This document shows positions 38,732-48,745 of a stretch of 56,897 nucleotides of DNA, piece after piece; within the stretch, counting starts at the first letter, position 1; each line of letters opens with the position of its first letter. Origin of the DNA: a virus. Its lineage: Duplodnaviria; Caudoviricetes. Both the position numbers and the translations under genes were made by a program. The stretch is from positions 1 through 56,897 of the IMG/VR virus record IMGVR_UViG_3300031673_000051, one strand, 5' to 3'. The notes below the pieces were generated by a model. The model saw only the letters and a list, made by a program, of their open reading frames with translations. It made no database searches and had not been told where the DNA came from.

Positions 38732-39635
38732 TAACCTGACGAACCCCCATACTTGCTTTCTTTTCCTCCAAAACTTTCAAAAGAAAACCTTTCCAACCGA
38801 GTATCTTCTCATCCCCTTCTTTTAATCGTTTCACAAGTTCAACAAGAAGAGAATTATCCTTCGTCCTAACATCTCTCTTAGTAAGATCGAATATCTTCTC
38901 AATTGGCTCTATACCAAGTTCAATAACTTCTGATTCATTTGTATCCGTATCAAATATAACAACTGCTGGTTGATGTTCCAAATCAAACCTTGAAATCGTC
39001 TTTCGAATTACCGCTCCGGGATTGATAATTATTCGCCCTTGCCAAGTTTCAATGAATCTATAGTGATAATCTCCTGCCAAAATGAGAGCATAGTCTGGAC
39101 ACTGCCGAAGAAATTGTCTCGGACCAGGCAACACCTGCCCTGGCCACAAAGCTCTATCCCCCACCATCCTATGAGTTACAAGAATATTGTAAGCATCTTT
39201 ATCTAGCACCTCAGGAACGGGCTCACCAAATGACGCTCCGTAAAAGAATACACTGGCTTGCTGGGGTCCTGCTATAACAGGATTATCACCCAGTATCTTA
39301 ACAACTCTTGCCGATTCCAATTCAACTAATGGGCTATTAGGTAAAGTAGCTTTTGAATGGCCTGAGATATCATGTTGGCCATAGACACAAAGCATCCGCT
39401 CATCCCCAAATCTCCCAAAGCAATGTAACAGTTGCATAACTTCTGACTTGACTTTATTTGCTACTGTGGGAGCATCAAAAAAATCACCCACTTGTATAAT
39501 GATATTACATTTCCTACCATCAAATATATCCAAACTTTGGGACACTTTCCTACATAGAGTCTTCCAGTAATCATCTATACGCCGCTCAGGCGATTTATTT
39601 GTTAAATGAAGATCTCCTATAATTCCTATTCTCAT
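38697..39635 (-). CDS. sbcD: Mre11/SbcD nuclease
   Basis: GDLH, GDFFD, GQHD, TH, GDYH, NPG motifs. Confidence 0.9.
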   Translation of the reverse strand: MRIGIIGDLHLTNKSPERRIDDYWKTLCRKVSQSLDIFDGRKCNIIIQVGDFFDAPTVANKVKSEVMQLLHCFGRFGDERMLCVYGQHDISGHSKATLPNSPLVELESARVVKILGDNPVIAGPQQASVFFYGASFGEPVPEVLDKDAYNILVTHRMVGDRALWPGQVLPGPRQFLRQCPDYALILAGDYHYRFIETWQGRIIINPGAVIRKTISRFDLEHQPAVVIFDTDTNESEVIELGIEPIEKIFDLTKRDVRTKDNSLLVELVKRLKEGDEKILGWKGFLLKVLEEKKASMGVRQVIDEILEEVKNG

Positions 39636-39771
39636 AGCCCTACTTTCCGTTTTCTAATTCAACAAAATTATCCATATGAATACAAATTCTTCCCCAGTTT
39701 TAAATGGATATTTATCCTCATATCCTTCGGGAAGATACGCTTTACACAAGGTCATATTTTCATTATCTTTC

Positions 39772-40881
39772 TTACTTCCCTAATAAAATTTGCTTTGATT
39801 CCGATGTAAGCCCTGTTCCACACATGGGACAATTCTCAAGTTTTTCTTTGAGCTCAATTTCCTCAAGTTCTAACTGTTTCAATCGAATATCGCTCTCAAC
39901 AAGCCCTACCTCAATTTTATGGATATCTTCAAGAAGATTAAGAACTGTTTCCAACTTGGTATCAATATAATTATACCTTTCTAAAGTACCTTCCACAGCA
40001 GTTATCACCTCAAGATTTTTTGGAAGAACTATTTCATGAGCTTTAATACTTTTTATCTTAACTATCAAAGGTTTAAGAGCATCTATGCACGTAGTTACCT
40101 TAGCAATATCCTCAGAAGATTGCCTCACATTATCAAATATCTGATCAATATTGTCTGGAATGTGTATCTGACACTTTTCGAGGACTCTTAGGGCATTGAC
40201 AATAGCATTTAACTGCTCTACCTCCGCCCTTAACCGCCTAACTTCTTCAATGTGAACCTTGGTCTCTTCAATTTTACTTTCAAGCAGGAGAAGGTTTATG
40301 GCGCCTAAGACAGCTAACTTCTGATTGGTGGCTTCAAGCTCTTTTTGCTTAGAAGCTACATCACCTTTCTCTATTCGAATCTTACTGGCCAATGACTTGG
40401 TGACCCGATCTATTTCATCCAATTTTGTTATAGATCTGATATATGTAGCAATCTGACCTGGTGGAGTATAAACAAGAAAATGCTGATCTCGCTGCTTTTG
40501 AACATTCAAATCTGATAGATTAATTACCTCAGAAATCATTTCGGGAGGACTATTTCCAAATCCTGTGAATGGATCCAGCCTATCCCCATTATGCTCCAGG
40601 GTATAACTATTCTCAGATGTGCCACGACTCCGAGTTATCTTATATACATCCTTATCCTCACTGACCACCATCTCTACAACACTAGTATCCTGACCTCTTC
40701 GTACATAATTACTGCCCAATGGACGATTGGTGGTAACCCAATTCAGACCCAACAATATATTCGTTTTTCCGTTACCAGAGTTACCCGTGAAAACGTTTAT
40801 TCCAGGAGATAACTCCAATTCAGTATCCTTATAAGTCTTAAAGTTATTTAAAATAATCTTTTCAATCATTTTTACACTCAA
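39772..40881 (-). CDS. sbcC: Rad50/SbcC N-terminal half ending at the zinc hook
   Basis: LNNFK, Walker A GNSGNGKT, Q-loop VQKQ.D, coiled coil, terminal CPMCG. Confidence 0.88.
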   Translation of the reverse strand: MSVKMIEKIILNNFKTYKDTELELSPGINVFTGNSGNGKTNILLGLNWVTTNRPLGSNYVRRGQDTSVVEMVVSEDKDVYKITRSRGTSENSYTLEHNGDRLDPFTGFGNSPPEMISEVINLSDLNVQKQRDQHFLVYTPPGQIATYIRSITKLDEIDRVTKSLASKIRIEKGDVASKQKELEATNQKLAVLGAINLLLLESKIEETKVHIEEVRRLRAEVEQLNAIVNALRVLEKCQIHIPDNIDQIFDNVRQSSEDIAKVTTCIDALKPLIVKIKSIKAHEIVLPKNLEVITAVEGTLERYNYIDTKLETVLNLLEDIHKIEVGLVESDIRLKQLELEEIELKEKLENCPMCGTGLTSESKQILLGK

Positions 40882-41651
40882 AAAAGGTCAATAATTTACA
40901 CCTTAACTTATGAACTTCCTTAAGCTCATGTTGCCAAACAATTAAAGTTTGATAACCATATTGAACAAATGAACCTATTCTTTGTTGTTCCTCTTCTCCT
41001 TTTGTTCTCCCAGTAAACTTTTCTCCATGCCAATAATCACCAAACATCTCAATAATTTTCTTTTGACCACCAACATTATGAAATCCGGAATCTTACCCGC
41101 TATAATAAAATCCTTATCACCAGCATCACCTGTGTACTTCCATTGGTCAGGGAATAATCCTTGAAGAAGTTCATATAACTGTTTCTCAGGTACCGTTTGT
41201 TTATTTCTTGAATTCTTACTTACAACGTGTAACCTTTGTTTCTTGTTCGCTGGATCTGCCCAAAAATGTAGCATTCTATCAACATGTTTCTTTTTGACTT
41301 CTGGCCTATTCTGAGATTCTTTCGAGGATGCACTAAATCGTGCCTTTACTTCTGGTTGACTTGCAGTAATTTTCAGTGAAGCACTCCTTTTTGCATTCAC
41401 TTCAGGCCGATTCTGTGCTATCCTTTGCATAGCTTTTGGGCGATAATCTGTTTAATCTGGTATTCTGGATCCGTCCACACCTTCTGCAAAGATACACTTT
41501 TCTTAGCTTTTACTTCTAGACGATTTTGTATTTCTTTTTGTCTCTCACTCTGCTTTCTACGTTCTTCAGGATCTTTCCAACGTTTTCTTTGAGCTATACG
41601 AAGATTTTCTGCATACTCTTCTCTCTTCTTTGGATCTTTAGGTGGAGGCAC
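40862..41651 (-). pseudogene. Free-standing homing-endonuclease-like gene (helical repeats plus Vsr-like nuclease) broken by two 1-bp deletions
   Basis: QNRPEV repeats; PEKQL, IPDF..., IEMFGDYWHG, GYQTLIVWQHE; adding one A at ~41435 and one at ~41077 gives one ORF. Confidence 0.75.
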
Positions 41652-41652
41652 A

Positions 41653-42387
41653 CTACTCTCCCTTTTTACATATAAATGAGCGAGATAACAAATTCACCGG
41701 AAACGCTTTTGTAACCCGAAGGAATATCCTTCTTTCATTCTCCCCTAATTGATTCAACCTAACGTCACCATTCCTAAGTGTCAACTCCCTATACACCATC
41801 CGAGCCAGAAAATAAGCATCTGCTATGTCTGTGGCAGGTCCATCAAACTCTTCAATCGAGGCAAGAAGCTTTTTCTTCTTAATCATCTTCTTCTTTATCA
41901 AACCCTCAGGGATATCAAAAACAAGTTGGGCCTTCTCCACCACGTCCTTCTTCAAACAATTCCCCTTATTCGTAGCAAAAAGCTTTACACTAAGGGGGTC
42001 ATGTACTCGAATCTTCCCGCCACCTTCAAATATCATATGTTTTAAGTAGCCGGTAAGTTCAGCTATCTGACAAATTGAAGTAGTTTGGGATGCATAGGAG
42101 TATCCTTCAACAGAATAGTAGTCTTGACCTACCATAAATTGTGGGGGTAAATTACTTAAGTGGAGAAAATTATGGAGGCCTTTTTGATACTCCCCCATTC
42201 TCCTTAACCGAAAAGTCTCTTTAGGTTCACCCTTCCCTATCTTACTAAGAAGAATTGAGTGTTCAGGATCAATGTCAGCACTCTTTTTGGTAGATGTGAT
42301 GTAGGCATAGTTTAACACATTACCCACCTCATCAAGAATAACAAATCCTCCATGATCCAATGATATATCTAGTCCGTAAATCCTCAT
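41653..42387 (-). CDS. ruvC: RuvC-like Holliday junction resolvase
   Basis: IYGLDIS, VEGYSY, AE..G..K, K.FAT.KGN..K, DIADAY.LA. Confidence 0.82.
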   Translation of the reverse strand: MRIYGLDISLDHGGFVILDEVGNVLNYAYITSTKKSADIDPEHSILLSKIGKGEPKETFRLRRMGEYQKGLHNFLHLSNLPPQFMVGQDYYSVEGYSYASQTTSICQIAELTGYLKHMIFEGGGKIRVHDPLSVKLFATNKGNCLKKDVVEKAQLVFDIPEGLIKKKMIKKKKLLASIEEFDGPATDIADAYFLARMVYRELTLRNGDVRLNQLGENERRIFLRVTKAFPVNLLSRSFICKKGE

Positions 42388-42711
42388 GCTTTGCCTCTTC
42401 TCTTCTTATTTAACTGAGAAATCTTTCGCCTAAACTCCTTTGGATTCGTCAAATAACTGTAGTCAGATGTTACACAGTCAAACTTGGGATCAATCTGAAC
42501 AGCGGGACAATAGTCACACATGAATCCGGAAGTTTCAGGCTTGTCATATTCATCCTTGGCAAACTGACAAAAGAAGCAATCATTCCACACCTCCTCAAAA
42601 CCATTCTCCGCCATCCAGTCTGCTTTATTTTCTAAAACACTACCAGGTAAATCAAATGTCGTTCCACATCTTTAAGCAGTATTCCCATACCTTATCCAAT
42701 GTCATACTCAT
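42384..42711 (-). CDS. Cys-rich hypothetical protein (apparent 1-bp insertion near 42654)
   Basis: CFFCQF, CDYCP; upstream MSMTLDKVWEYCLKMWNDI joins if one T is removed. Confidence 0.45.
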
Positions 42712-43499
42712 GTTATGCTCACCTTTTCCATCACTTCATAAGTAAGTCCATCTCTTAACTGTACTTCATCTTTTGTGACTGCTACAAATGTTGGGTATTC
42801 ATCATCAACCCAACTACCCGTGTTTGCATAGATTCTTTTAAAAGATACATGTGGCCATCTACCCTCAGGATTTATGGCAACAATCTCCTTAAGTTCAGCA
42901 TTATGGCTATGTCCCATAATAGTAATAGGTGCTAAATTTTGTTGTCTAAGGTTTTCTATCACAAAAATATGCTGATCTAAATCAGTTATATTGTATTTCT
43001 TATTCTGCAACAAAGCTGCTTTAACTTTAAAATCACCAAACTTATCGTACATTTTCTTAAGCCAGACATCAGAATCTGGATGAATAATTCTTTCCAACCC
43101 AGCCACCAACACAGTAATATATTTACCTATCGGCCATTTTAAACTAAGCAATGGATTCTCAAAATTATTGAAAGTATCAAACTGATGCCCGTGCACCGCC
43201 CATACACCATCCTTACTATATTGAGAAGGTGTGAGTTTAGAAAATGGAAGAGCATCATGATTGCCATGTACAAAATAGACCTTATCCCTTCTCTCATCTA
43301 ACGCCCGTATAACAGCAGCGTGTGCCCAGAAGATCTTCTCCAATTTTGACTGCCAGAGTTCATATAAATCTCCAACAATAACAATCTCGTGTGCTCGTTT
43401 ATCTGTCCACTCTAAGAATTTGATTAACTCTGCATCTCTGTGAAAGTCATCTGACTTAGAGCCGTCACCTAAATGTATATCGGATAAAAACACTCTCAT
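42708..43499 (-). CDS. Calcineurin-like metallophosphoesterase (LpxH-like)
   Basis: SDIHLG, GDLYELW, GNHD, HGH, GHSH, NTGSW. Confidence 0.88.
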   Translation of the reverse strand: MRVFLSDIHLGDGSKSDDFHRDAELIKFLEWTDKRAHEIVIVGDLYELWQSKLEKIFWAHAAVIRALDERRDKVYFVHGNHDALPFSKLTPSQYSKDGVWAVHGHQFDTFNNFENPLLSLKWPIGKYITVLVAGLERIIHPDSDVWLKKMYDKFGDFKVKAALLQNKKYNITDLDQHIFVIENLRQQNLAPITIMGHSHNAELKEIVAINPEGRWPHVSFKRIYANTGSWVDDEYPTFVAVTKDEVQLRDGLTYEVMEKVSIT

Positions 43500-43747
43500 T
43501 TTCTATTCAACTCCTCTCTGATATCAAAACCAAACAAATCTTCCAACACCTTTTCCGAAGCATTCTGAGTAAGTTCAAATTTATGGCCGCAAACACAGTA
43601 TTCTATTGCATCAGTATCAGGATAGGTATTCTTACATTTAGGACATATTTTTATTTTTTCATGTGAAGCCACAATTTCCTCTAAAATGTGTTTAATTTGA
43701 CCTGGGCCACATACTTCACAATCCTCTGATATACCCCAACGATCCAT
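43496..43747 (-). CDS. Small zinc-binding protein
   Basis: CEVC, CPKC, CVCG. Confidence 0.55.
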   Translation of the reverse strand: MDRWGISEDCEVCGPGQIKHILEEIVASHEKIKICPKCKNTYPDTDAIEYCVCGHKFELTQNASEKVLEDLFGFDIREELNRK

Positions 43748-43875
43748 AACTATATTCCTTCCTTAGTTTCTTTCATCAAGTGGTGACATTTTTTCCATAA
43801 AGTTATCTAAAGTCTTTGCCCATAAATGTCCATTTCTTTCTTACAAATTGGACAAGCTACTCTTGCCATAATGCC

Positions 43876-44064
43876 TTACTCCAATTCTTCTATGAATGTT
43901 GCTACTCTTACTGGAATACATTTTTCTTTTCCGTAAACAGTCATTGGATAATTACAAAAACCAGCGTTAAATATATTTTCTGTATATCCAAAAAAACATG
44001 TCCTGTATTTACTACCCGATTTGGCAACATATTGAATTTCTTCTTCTACTCTTTCAGTTTTCAT
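43876..44064 (-). CDS. Hypothetical protein
   Basis: AAGGAG RBS, downstream of predicted promoter. Confidence 0.5.
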   Translation of the reverse strand: MKTERVEEEIQYVAKSGSKYRTCFFGYTENIFNAGFCNYPMTVYGKEKCIPVRVATFIEELE

Positions 44065-44101
44065 TGCTTTGCTCCTTTAAACTCTTTTGCCACTGTATTA
44101 C

Positions 44102-44129
44102 ATTATACCATGCTTTCGGCATAAGTCAA
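44102..44129 (-). promoter_or_regulatory. Sigma70-type promoter with extended -10
   Basis: TTGACT-N16-TATAAT with TG at the extended -10 position (TGGTATAAT), intergenic. Confidence 0.7.
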
Positions 44130-44137
44130 GAGAAATA

Positions 44138-44437
44138 TTAAATTTTCTCTCTAATATTGAATAGAAATTTGGCACCATCAAGTTGAATGTAAGGTGTGCC
44201 ACCCATATTGGACATTTCAAGCCAAGAGACAATAGGGCCGCCTGCCAGTACTAAGTATATCCACATTCCTACGGGGTTCTCAAACACATCCCCATGCTCC
44301 CAAACATGCTCTGGTTTTGGGTAGAACTTATCCAGTATGGCTTGAGCATCTTTTTTAGTAGGCCACCACTCTGGGCACGCATCATACGTATTGCCGTCAG
44401 AGTGTAAAAATTGACCATGCTCCCCCTTCTTCATCAA
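44138..44437 (-). CDS. Hypothetical protein
   Basis: 99 aa ORF. Confidence 0.5.
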   Translation of the reverse strand: MMKKGEHGQFLHSDGNTYDACPEWWPTKKDAQAILDKFYPKPEHVWEHGDVFENPVGMWIYLVLAGGPIVSWLEMSNMGGTPYIQLDGAKFLFNIREKI

Positions 44438-44566
44438 ACAAATATTCCGTCAAAAGATCTGTTATCTTCTCAGGACTTGCAGCACACATTAGACCAAGTA
44501 TTGAAATGAGATGGGCTATTGTTCCATATTCTATCTCTTGTTTTGATGGCATGGAAATAACTCCTA

Positions 44567-45622
44567 CTAACTAAAGGTTCTGGGCTTCCTATCTGAAGGT
44601 CTATAAACTTCCTGCCAAACTTTCCATATCTCTTCTCGTAATTTCTCCTCCAAATTTTCGCCTTCAATCTTAGTGACCCAGGATTTCATTTGTTTATCTT
44701 CACCCCAAAGCTTAATATGCTGAGTTTTATTCTTAGCCGCAGCCTTACCATTTTGTACCTCACTTAGAAAATACAAATTGGAGGAGATGTCATCCATGCC
44801 GTAGTCGAATAAAATTTTAAACTGCCCGTCTCTAAAAGGAGGACCCACCTTATTTTTTACGGCCTTAAAGCTCGTCCAAACACCGATTACCTTTTCTTGG
44901 GTATTCGTTACAGCAGGACCGTGCTTCAAATGTATACGAACTGATGGATAAAACATTTGAGCTTTTCCACCAGGAACAGTCTCACCACCAAATGCAGAAC
45001 CAAAATTATCTCTTGTTTGATCAATAACCACCAAAGTTGTGTTGCTGTACGAAAGGGCCTTCAAATACTTTCGGTATCCCAGTGACATCTGCTTTGCACG
45101 GTAGGCGCCATAACCTTGATCGTCCATTTTCTTATCAGCTTCAATCTTAGCGGGAAGAGCAGTAATGGTATCCGTAACAACTATCTTAGGCTTCTTATCC
45201 AGAATAGTGCACTTTGTATCTTTAAAGATAATCTTGGAAAGCCAGACATCAAAAAACTCTTCAATGGTTGCCGGAAAAGCATCATCGGTATCAAAGTCTT
45301 TTACATTGGTTAGCTTCTTAAAATCCAAACCATAATAGCTGGCAAATCTAGGATCCAGGGTGTGCTCAATATCACCATAATATGCACCCATCTTCGCCCT
45401 CTGAGCAAACCCCAGAATAGACGAAGCTATTACAGACTTACAGGTACTTGATCCTCCAAAAATCTGAACGATTCTACCAATGGGAATGCCACCAGGAAAT
45501 CTATTTGCAATAGCAAAATCCAAAACAGTGCATCCCGTCTGCAAAAAATCAGTGACGTCTGGAATACCTATAACTTTGCTTGCAGCTTTAGAAGTTTTTT
45601 CAATATCGGATTCTTGTGCCAT
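44567..45622 (-). CDS. recA: RecA/UvsX recombinase
   Basis: TG...LD.AI...GGIP.GRIVQIFG.SSTCKS, DIEHTLDP, IDQTR, PGGKA..FY.SVR, VKNKVGPPFR. Confidence 0.95.
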   Translation of the reverse strand: MAQESDIEKTSKAASKVIGIPDVTDFLQTGCTVLDFAIANRFPGGIPIGRIVQIFGGSSTCKSVIASSILGFAQRAKMGAYYGDIEHTLDPRFASYYGLDFKKLTNVKDFDTDDAFPATIEEFFDVWLSKIIFKDTKCTILDKKPKIVVTDTITALPAKIEADKKMDDQGYGAYRAKQMSLGYRKYLKALSYSNTTLVVIDQTRDNFGSAFGGETVPGGKAQMFYPSVRIHLKHGPAVTNTQEKVIGVWTSFKAVKNKVGPPFRDGQFKILFDYGMDDISSNLYFLSEVQNGKAAAKNKTQHIKLWGEDKQMKSWVTKIEGENLEEKLREEIWKVWQEVYRPSDRKPRTFS

Positions 45623-45625
45623 GAT

Positions 45626-45886
45626 CTATTCTTCCTTTCCAATCACTTCTTCGGGTGCAGTATTTGAAAACCATTCAATACTGTCATCATCAAACTTTAG
45701 TTGAACTTGACTAAAGCAATGATAGTCAGATTCTACCTGCAGTACCTCTCCTACCTTATCAATAAATTTTTCTTTACCCTTATCATTATCACCAAAGTTA
45801 TCTTTAACTTTAGCATATTGGATACCTTTTTGTTTAGCCAAACCCCAGGATGTACCCCTATTAAATCCAGCACAAAAAAGCATCAA
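45626..45886 (-). CDS. Hypothetical protein
   Basis: ORF in operon. Confidence 0.45.
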   Translation of the reverse strand: MMLFCAGFNRGTSWGLAKQKGIQYAKVKDNFGDNDKGKEKFIDKVGEVLQVESDYHCFSQVQLKFDDDSIEWFSNTAPEEVIGKEE

Positions 45887-46017
45887 CTATTTCTTCCGCA
45901 GTACTCCTACCAATAATTGAAGGTAAAGAAAAATAAGCCTCCATAGCGTGTAATCGAGCGGTTATATCCTCATCGTCCGGAAGATACCCCTGGAAATTCC
46001 AATACTCTGCTTTCATA

Positions 46018-46587
46018 CTATTCCTCTCTATTATCCTCTCCTAGGTCAGTTGAAGTCTCAGCTCTTTTCCTTCTTGTATCCATAATTGCTTTTTCACCTT
46101 GTTCCCAGCCACTTGTATCAAGCCCACTCTGTTCCTGTGAATAGTAATTATTGACGTACAATCGAACAAGATCGCGTAATCCAGATTGCCTCTGCTGAGC
46201 AGAATCCAAAAGAATAGAGGCTTCAGAAGCTAATCTGTCCGCCTCTACATAATCCAGAAAAGCTTTTCGATACCTCTCATGAATGTTAACCGTGGACCTG
46301 ACGGCATCCACGGTAGACTTCTCCGGTAAACCATACTCTTTAGGATCTTTTCTAATGGCCAGGAGCAGCTCTGACTCAACAAAACTAATATGCTCCTTAG
46401 CAATCTTGGCCTGGGCCTTGACATCGGCAACCCAACTTCCGATGTCGTCATAAACAATGGCCTGCTGACAGCACTCTGTCTCCAACTCAAGTCGATCCAA
46501 GGGTAACCTTGATCTAAACTCTGAAAGTATTTCTCTATCTTCATCAGTCATGTTTTTACTCCGTCCTTCTCCTGCGACTTTGAACAT
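46018..46587 (-). CDS. UvsY-like recombination mediator
   Basis: Long helical protein (LETEC.QQA..Y, K.TVDAV, QR...L..LV.LY...YYS) between SSB and RecA. Confidence 0.55.
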   Translation of the reverse strand: MFKVAGEGRSKNMTDEDREILSEFRSRLPLDRLELETECCQQAIVYDDIGSWVADVKAQAKIAKEHISFVESELLLAIRKDPKEYGLPEKSTVDAVRSTVNIHERYRKAFLDYVEADRLASEASILLDSAQQRQSGLRDLVRLYVNNYYSQEQSGLDTSGWEQGEKAIMDTRRKRAETSTDLGEDNREE

Positions 46588-47503
46588 CTGCTATCTTTGC
46601 CTTGATAACAGCAGCTTGTTCCGAATCTTCAACAACCTCTTTAGTAGATTCAAACTGAGTGTCACTGGCACTAACTCGTTCTCTACGAGATGCTCGAGTA
46701 GTTTCCTTTTCAAGGGGTTCCTGGGCAGTTTCCTTTTCAGGTTCCCTGGATTCTCGGCGTGAACGTGAACCTTCCGTACTCGACTTCCCAGCTGATTCAG
46801 AAGTAGTAGGAGTGGCTTTCACACCACTAACAGCTAAAGCCATTTCATCCGGATCTGGCTTTAAAAGAATATCCTCAAAAGGAGGAAGATCCTCATACCA
46901 AGATTTTGGAATTGGCTCGGTTTTCGTGAGTACAAATCCAACATATTCCGTTCTCTTACCGTCTTTACGAGTAAACTCAATATCCCTGCCGTCAACTGGA
47001 TCAGTAGGATCTACCTTTTCACCTGTTCTCCTATCCTGAGACAGAGTGCACACTGCTTTGTAAATTGAAGGCGGACAATCAAACCAATGAGTACCTTCAT
47101 CCTCAGAAGCAACATCAGTTGTATCCACTACATAAAGAAGGAAACGACGACTTGTCTTAAGATCGTTTATAACGTCTGAACTTATATTCTGCCGACGTAA
47201 TTCCTGTGCATGATTGCAGATAGGACAATCCATATTAAACATCTCTTTCATACACAAAAAGGTCGACTTACCAGAACCTATTTGAGTATGTATGTGTATC
47301 TCCATGGCAAAAGGTCCTGTAGTACTCGGAGCCACTATCCGAATAAAATTATTGCCCTTCGGCTTTTTGGTATTGTACTTAGTAATACCCAATCGCTCCA
47401 ATTTGCTCGTATCCACGAAATCAAAATTAGATCCACCTGTACTCATATTAGCTCCTGCGTTGAGGGCTTTCATTCTTGCTTCGTCCATCAGTTTTGTCTC
47501 CAA
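46556..47503 (-). CDS. gp32-like single-stranded DNA-binding protein
   Basis: N.IRIV.P, H...C......CPIC, DP.DGRDI...R.G..TEY, charged low-complexity tail. Confidence 0.75.
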   Translation of the reverse strand: METKLMDEARMKALNAGANMSTGGSNFDFVDTSKLERLGITKYNTKKPKGNNFIRIVAPSTTGPFAMEIHIHTQIGSGKSTFLCMKEMFNMDCPICNHAQELRRQNISSDVINDLKTSRRFLLYVVDTTDVASEDEGTHWFDCPPSIYKAVCTLSQDRRTGEKVDPTDPVDGRDIEFTRKDGKRTEYVGFVLTKTEPIPKSWYEDLPPFEDILLKPDPDEMALAVSGVKATPTTSESAGKSSTEGSRSRRESREPEKETAQEPLEKETTRASRRERVSASDTQFESTKEVVEDSEQAAVIKAKIADVQSRRRRTE

Positions 47504-47737
47504 ATCAAAATATTAGTATTGTTTATCTTTTAACTCTTAATATCTTTTCAAACACTTTACCAATCTCTTTTAAGTACCATACCTGCTTCTTTCCATCCGG
47601 CAAAGAGTAATACCATGACAACAAAAAGTATCAAACAAATAACTACTCCAGGGAAAAAGATAATTCTTCGTATAATGGTGTACCAGGGATTACATTCCGG
47701 ATGCTCTTTACTATTAGGCCATTTCCAATTCATCTCA

Positions 47738-48691
47738 TCACTCCTTCCAGGTTTCAAAACAGGCTCTTGCAATAAGAGCACCCATCAAACTTTTCTTACC
47801 ATAAAAAGTACTATTAGAAAAAATCTTCAACAGGTGTGTAACGTCTAACGCGTCCTCCACGTTATCATACTTCTTTAACTTATTATACAAAAACGTCATG
47901 AGGGAAAACCTAATTCTCTCAGAATCTTCATTAATAGCATCAAAAGTTGTAATAATCGTTTTCCATTTCTTTCTTCGAGCAGCAGGACCCATCGATATAA
48001 GATTAAACAAGTCAAAAATAGTTTTCTCCTGCTCTGTGCCATTTACTATAAGTTCAACAACATCATCCAAGTTAGTCATCTCAGCAACTTTTTCAAGTGC
48101 AACTAAAGCAGCCCTCGGAGATCCATCATTAGTTTGCACTAAAGCTTCTATAATACCCAATGTAATTATCCATCTTTTCTTTATGCAGGCCCGTGTAAGA
48201 ACTTCCCTTATCTCCTCTTTCTGTAACAAGCTAACTGTATACTCGGCACACCTATTACGAAGAGTTGGTATGAGACTTTCCGCATCCGTTGTACAAAAAA
48301 TGAAGTAACAATGAGGAGGATTATCCTCTATCACTTTCAATAAACATTCTTGTGCTTTGCCTGAGAATTCATGGCATTCGTCAAATATATAAACTTTAGC
48401 CCCACCTCCAAAACCTATCAAAGGAGCGTTTTCAGCAATACCTCTAACCGTACCAATTCCATTTGTATTAGCTGCATTTAATTCAAATATAGAATCAGAT
48501 AAAGCTCCGAATTCCCTGGACAAAATACGTCCAATGGTTGTCTTGCCACAACCCGTTGGCCCTTTCAAAAGAATAGCATGTGGCCGATGTTCCTTAGACT
48601 GTTTTAACATAGCCACTAAAGCCCCAACAACGGCTGAATTACCTACTATATCCTCGAAAGTTGTGGGCCTGATTTCCTGATAGAGCGACAT
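47738..48691 (-). CDS. dnaX: Clamp loader ATPase (DnaX gamma/tau-like)
   Basis: LY...RP.TFEDIVGN, GPTGCGKTT, ELNAA, DECH, LLK.IE.PP, FIFCTT, TLRNRC, GSPR. Confidence 0.88.
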   Translation of the reverse strand: MSLYQEIRPTTFEDIVGNSAVVGALVAMLKQSKEHRPHAILLKGPTGCGKTTIGRILSREFGALSDSIFELNAANTNGIGTVRGIAENAPLIGFGGGAKVYIFDECHEFSGKAQECLLKVIEDNPPHCYFIFCTTDAESLIPTLRNRCAEYTVSLLQKEEIREVLTRACIKKRWIITLGIIEALVQTNDGSPRAALVALEKVAEMTNLDDVVELIVNGTEQEKTIFDLFNLISMGPAARRKKWKTIITTFDAINEDSERIRFSLMTFLYNKLKKYDNVEDALDVTHLLKIFSNSTFYGKKSLMGALIARACFETWKE

Positions 48692-48710
48692 AATTACCTC
48701 CTATAAAATA

Positions 48711-48719
48711 ATTATACCA
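48711..48719 (-). promoter_or_regulatory. Extended -10 element upstream of the clamp loader gene
   Basis: TGGTATAAT just upstream of the AGGAGG RBS; no clear -35. Confidence 0.45.
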
Positions 48720-48745
48720 TCAACTCTGCTATACCACTGTAATTA

